NCBI GenBank assembly: GCA_043826455.1
Contig: JBDRQD010000005.1
Location: forward strand, 1-15,435
Source: Candidatus Bathyarchaeota archaeon
Lineage (GTDB): Archaea > Thermoproteota > Bathyarchaeia > TCS64
DNA: 15,435 nucleotides
Direction: 5' to 3'
Position 1 is the first letter of the stretch. Every line of letters starts with the position of its first letter. Below the pieces are notes generated by a model. The model was given only the letters and a program-made list of their open reading frames with translations, ran no database searches and had not been told where the DNA came from. Below are positions 12,406-15,435 of this stretch, piece by piece. The translations under genes and the position numbers were made by a program.

Positions 12406-13536
12406 ATGGCTGCCCTCGAAGGATTAAAGGTGCTAGACCTCACCCAGGTCCAGGCCGGCCCGGTTTGCACGATGCTCCTGGCCGGGCTGGGCGCGGAGGT
12501 CATCAAGGTCGAGCGCCCAGGCGGGGAACTGGGGCGCAGGTACCCGCCAACCAGGGGTGACATGAACCCCTACATCGCCTTCCTAGGCCGAGGCAAGAAG
12601 GGTGTGACCCTCAACCTCAAGGACCCCGAGGGCGTGGAGCTGCTGAAGAGGCTCGCAGCCGCCTCGGATGTCCTAGTGGAGAACTACAGCCCGGGCACCA
12701 TGGAGGCCTTGGGCCTGGACTACGAGACTCTGAAGGAGGTGAACCCGAGGCTCGTCTACGCCTCCATATCCGGGTTCGGCCAGACGGGGCCCTGGAGCAG
12801 CAGAAGAAGCTTCGACCCCATAGCCCAGGCCCTGAGCGGCTTCATGTGGCTGGGCAAGGAGATGCTGGACCCGGAGGGGCCTCCGAGGCAGGCGCCGGAG
12901 GCCGTGGGGGACACCATCCCAGGCATACTGGCAGCCTACGGGATACTCGCGGCGCTGATCAGCCGCGGCAGAACCGGCGCCGGCCAGAGGATAGACGTAT
13001 CCCAGATGGAGAGCCTCGTCTCCGTGTCCCCCAGCTTCGCCTACTGGGTCCTGGAGGGCACAACACTGCTGCGGTCCCTGGCCGCCTATAATTTGCCTTG
13101 CTCAGGCTACCACAGGGCCAGGGACGGCCACGTCATGTTCTTCATACCCCAGGGACGCCTGGCTGAGTGGTTCCACGAGACCACAGGCCTCACCGGAGAC
13201 GACCACCAGGAGGTAGCTGACTGGGTGGCGGAGAGGACCGTGGAGGAGGTCGTCAGGATCATGGATGAGGCCGGGGTGCCCGCCGCCCCCGTCTACACCG
13301 TCGAGGACGTGCTGGAGAACGAGCACAGCCGCGCCCGCGGCCTCTTCGTGGAAGTGGATACCCCGCTGTATGGTAAGGCGAGGCTGCCCGGTTTCCCCTT
13401 CAAGCTCTCCGAGGCGGAGGGGGACCTCTCAAGGCCGGCGCCCCGTGTAGGTGAGCACAACCGTGAGGTCTACGGGGGCCTGCTAGGGCTCTCCGAGGAT
13501 GACATCAAGAGGCTGACCGAGAGAGGGGCCATCTGA
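12406..13536 (+). CDS. Family III CoA-transferase (CaiB/BaiF/Frc-like)
   Basis: Shows ALEGLKVLDLTQVQAGP, LGAEVIKVERP, RGKKGVTLNLK, DVLVENYSPG, NPRLVYASISGFGQTGP, AVGDTIPG (candidate catalytic Asp), GQRIDVSQ and PAPRVGEH. Confidence 0.95.
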   Translation: MAALEGLKVLDLTQVQAGPVCTMLLAGLGAEVIKVERPGGELGRRYPPTRGDMNPYIAFLGRGKKGVTLNLKDPEGVELLKRLAAASDVLVENYSPGTMEALGLDYETLKEVNPRLVYASISGFGQTGPWSSRRSFDPIAQALSGFMWLGKEMLDPEGPPRQAPEAVGDTIPGILAAYGILAALISRGRTGAGQRIDVSQMESLVSVSPSFAYWVLEGTTLLRSLAAYNLPCSGYHRARDGHVMFFIPQGRLAEWFHETTGLTGDDHQEVADWVAERTVEEVVRIMDEAGVPAAPVYTVEDVLENEHSRARGLFVEVDTPLYGKARLPGFPFKLSEAEGDLSRPAPRVGEHNREVYGGLLGLSEDDIKRLTERGAI

Positions 13537-13781
13537 CTAGGTACGCAACCCGAATGAGAACCTGAAGGTACTCCACGTCAACCGAGAGAACGGTTATTAA
13601 ACCCTTATAATCATGAGTGGCGCCAAAAACGGGTTTTAAGAATTAGTGTGGTGTGAGGATAAAATATTTGATGTCAGGATGTTTTTTTAGTTGTTATGAT
13701 GTTGCTCTTTTCACCAAGCACATGCAATTATTGCGCGCGCACACCCACAGGTTGATTAATTAATAAACGTCGATATACAGC

Positions 13782-14681
13782 ATGGTTCTCAAACTCATCC
13801 ACACCATGAATTTACCGAGCCACCAGTCTGGCGGATTCGATCACGGCGACGTCTTCGAGAAAAGTGGCTTATCCTTCGTCGCCCACACAGGGAACAGCAC
13901 AGTTGAGATGTATGAGGGTTGGGAGGGAATCCACTTAAAGACCATTTCAGGCGTCCCTGAGGCGAGCGGGGTATTGTGTGCTCAGGCTGAAAAGATAGCC
14001 TTCGCGGCTTCGAGGGGTACAGGTAAAATCCTCGTTTTGGACGGGGTAACAGGTGCGACGATTCGTGAAGTTCAAGCTGGTTCCAAGTCTAATGGCCTCG
14101 CGTGGGACCCCCGTAGACATAGGCTTCTAGTCGCAGATGTCGGCGACTTCCATATCAGAGTCGTTGACCCAGGCGATGGAAAACTCATCGCGGATATGCC
14201 TCTACCTGGGAGGCCACGCTGGTGCAAATACTCCAGCAGCCTGGATAGATTCGTCGTGAATATTCACGAGCCCTCCGAGGTGGCTATTATTAGTCCAGAG
14301 ACGGCTAGAGTTGAGGCGCTGATACCGTTATCTGCGAGCGGCGCCCATGGACTCGACATCGATGACGAGAGCGGTTTCGCCTACATAGCATGCGACGGAG
14401 GAGCCGTCGTCTCCGTTGACCTCAATAAGAGAAAGGAGTTGGATAAAGTAGGGATTCTGCCTAATCCAGATGTCGCTTGGTTGAACGTGAAGCGAGGGCT
14501 GCTCTACTGTGCTAACTCTAAGCCTGGAGTGGTCCAGGTTGTGGACGTCAAAGCGATGAGGATCAGGGAGGAGGTTCCAACTGAAGAAGGTTGCCACACA
14601 GTCGCCTTCCATCAGGAGGCGCAGAAGCTTCACGCTTATCTCCCTAAGAGTTGTAGGGTAGCTTTCTACAGGGAAGGCTAG
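13782..14681 (+). CDS. YncE/YVTN-like beta-propeller protein (no signal peptide)
   Basis: GGFDH...FVAHT..NSTVE, followed by repeated ~40-aa blades (SNGLAWDPRRHRLLVAD, AHGLDIDDESGFAYIAC, PDVAWLN...LLYCAN, TEEGCHTVAFH). ATTAATTAAT TATA-like element at 13755-13764. Confidence 0.85.
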   Translation: MVLKLIHTMNLPSHQSGGFDHGDVFEKSGLSFVAHTGNSTVEMYEGWEGIHLKTISGVPEASGVLCAQAEKIAFAASRGTGKILVLDGVTGATIREVQAGSKSNGLAWDPRRHRLLVADVGDFHIRVVDPGDGKLIADMPLPGRPRWCKYSSSLDRFVVNIHEPSEVAIISPETARVEALIPLSASGAHGLDIDDESGFAYIACDGGAVVSVDLNKRKELDKVGILPNPDVAWLNVKRGLLYCANSKPGVVQVVDVKAMRIREEVPTEEGCHTVAFHQEAQKLHAYLPKSCRVAFYREG

Positions 14682-14860
14682 CCGCTTCTCTTCTCGGGAT
14701 GGCTTGATGTCTTTGAAGATGAGGTACATCGAAGTGGAGGAGGCAGACTGAAAGAAACCAGCCGCGCGCGCAGATGAGGATAAGATTATGCCCCCTCCTT
14801 CCCGGTGGCTACGCGTGCCAAAGAGAGCTGGAAAGCGGATGCGAAGCACTCAAATACGTC

Positions 14861-14884
14861 TACATCGTATTACATTGTATACGA
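14861..14884. promoter_or_regulatory. Probable antitoxin operator upstream of the TA pair
   Basis: Tandem 10-mers TACATCGTAT/TACATTGTAT (14861-14880) overlap the inverted repeat TCGTAT-N8-ATACGA (14865-14884), 12 nt before the antitoxin ATG. Confidence 0.5.
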
Positions 14885-14896
14885 AGTGATGTGTCG

Positions 14897-15205
14897 ATGA
14901 CCACGGAAGTCATGTCGGCTCGGCTCCCGAAGGAGAAAGTGGACATCATAGAGGAGATCGCCCGAGAGGAAAAGGTGGACAAGTCCACGGTTCTGGACAG
15001 AGCACTTGACCACTATATACGGGAATGGAAGCTGCGGAGAGCCATAGAGTCGTATGAGGAGGGGGCCGCCACGCTGCCCCGGGTGGCGGAGATCGCGGGG
15101 CTCTCAGTATGGGAGATGATTGACGTACTGGCGAAGAGAAAGATACAGCCCCAATACGATGTAGAGGATCTGGAAGAAGATCTGAAGGCATTCGGGCATG
15201 ACTGA
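14897..15205 (+). CDS. UPF0175-family antitoxin with N-terminal RHH domain
   Basis: MTTEVMSARLPKE...IEEIAREEKVDKSTVL..AL (RHH) followed by AIESYEEG..TL..AEIAGLSVWEMID.L..RKI..QYDVEDLEEDL (UPF0175). The start is ATG 14897, not 14774. Confidence 0.85.
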   Translation: MTTEVMSARLPKEKVDIIEEIAREEKVDKSTVLDRALDHYIREWKLRRAIESYEEGAATLPRVAEIAGLSVWEMIDVLAKRKIQPQYDVEDLEEDLKAFGHD

Positions 15206-15435
15206 TGTTCGAGGGCCAGCCGTCTCAGATTCGACCCCCCTCATCTACCTGGCCAAGATCGGCAGGTTAGACATCCTCAAAGGAGTCTTCAAGAGCATCT
15301 ATGTTCCCGAGGCCGTGTTCGACGAGGCAGTGACGCAGGGTAAGGCGCATAACATAGTCGATGCCTTCATCATCGAGAAGGCTGTGGGTGACTGGATCAT
15401 CAAGGAGCGGGTGAAGCCTGAGATAGAAGCCGAGT
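15198..15435 (+). CDS. PIN-domain VapC-like toxin, DUF3368/COG2405 type (partial; runs off the right edge)
   Basis: Not in the ORF track. ATG 15198 overlaps the antitoxin end by 8 nt: MTDVRGPAVSDSTPLIYLAKIGRLDILKGVFKSIYVPEAVFDEAV..., matching the DUF3368 N-terminal D.S/TPLI.LAKIG.L..L...F..I.VP.AV..E motif. Confidence 0.9.
   Translation, partial: MTDVRGPAVSDSTPLIYLAKIGRLDILKGVFKSIYVPEAVFDEAVTQGKAHNIVDAFIIEKAVGDWIIKERVKPEIEAE

Noticed and set aside
3941..13450. Numerous antisense and alternate-frame ORFs (e.g. 4056-4406, 5294-5902, 7597-8028, 8880-9254, 11621-12166, 13102-13326)
   Set aside because: They lie mostly within well-supported genes with high GC3, which suppresses stops in other frames, and show no independent motifs.
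14328..14896. 173-aa minus ORF and the N-terminal extension of the antitoxin from 14774
   Set aside because: The minus ORF is mostly antisense to the propeller gene. The extension crosses the probable operator, and the RHH domain begins at 14897.

Overview
Archaeal DNA. The GGTGA/GGAGGT-type SD motifs, TATA-box promoters and gene families are consistent with Bathyarchaeia, but that assignment is inference. The left ~3.9 kb looks like an accessory or integrated-element region. It holds an AT-rich, possibly restriction-related gene running off the left edge, a 53-aa ORF, a membrane/coiled-coil gene broken by an in-frame TAG, two ribbon-helix-helix-like regulators and a frameshifted orphan antitoxin. 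It also holds the standout feature: a COG1672-type AAA ATPase-wHTH gene bracketed to the nucleotide by 37-bp palindromic direct repeats. One copy touches the ATG and the other supplies the stop codon, which gives it the architecture of a one-gene cassette. The middle is dominated by nucleotide metabolism: an MTH1-like Nudix hydrolase, a small DUF6899-like protein, an NMP-kinase/N-deoxyribosyltransferase fusion, and a B12-dependent ribonucleotide reductase overlapping a cobalamin adenosyltransferase. An ATP-grasp ligase and a methyltransferase sit among these. The right part encodes a membrane-anchored secreted protein, a family III CoA-transferase with a structured SD-occluding leader, a YncE-like beta-propeller and a UPF0175/DUF3368(PIN) toxin-antitoxin pair cut by the right edge. 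All family calls come from motif recognition by eye; no searches were run.
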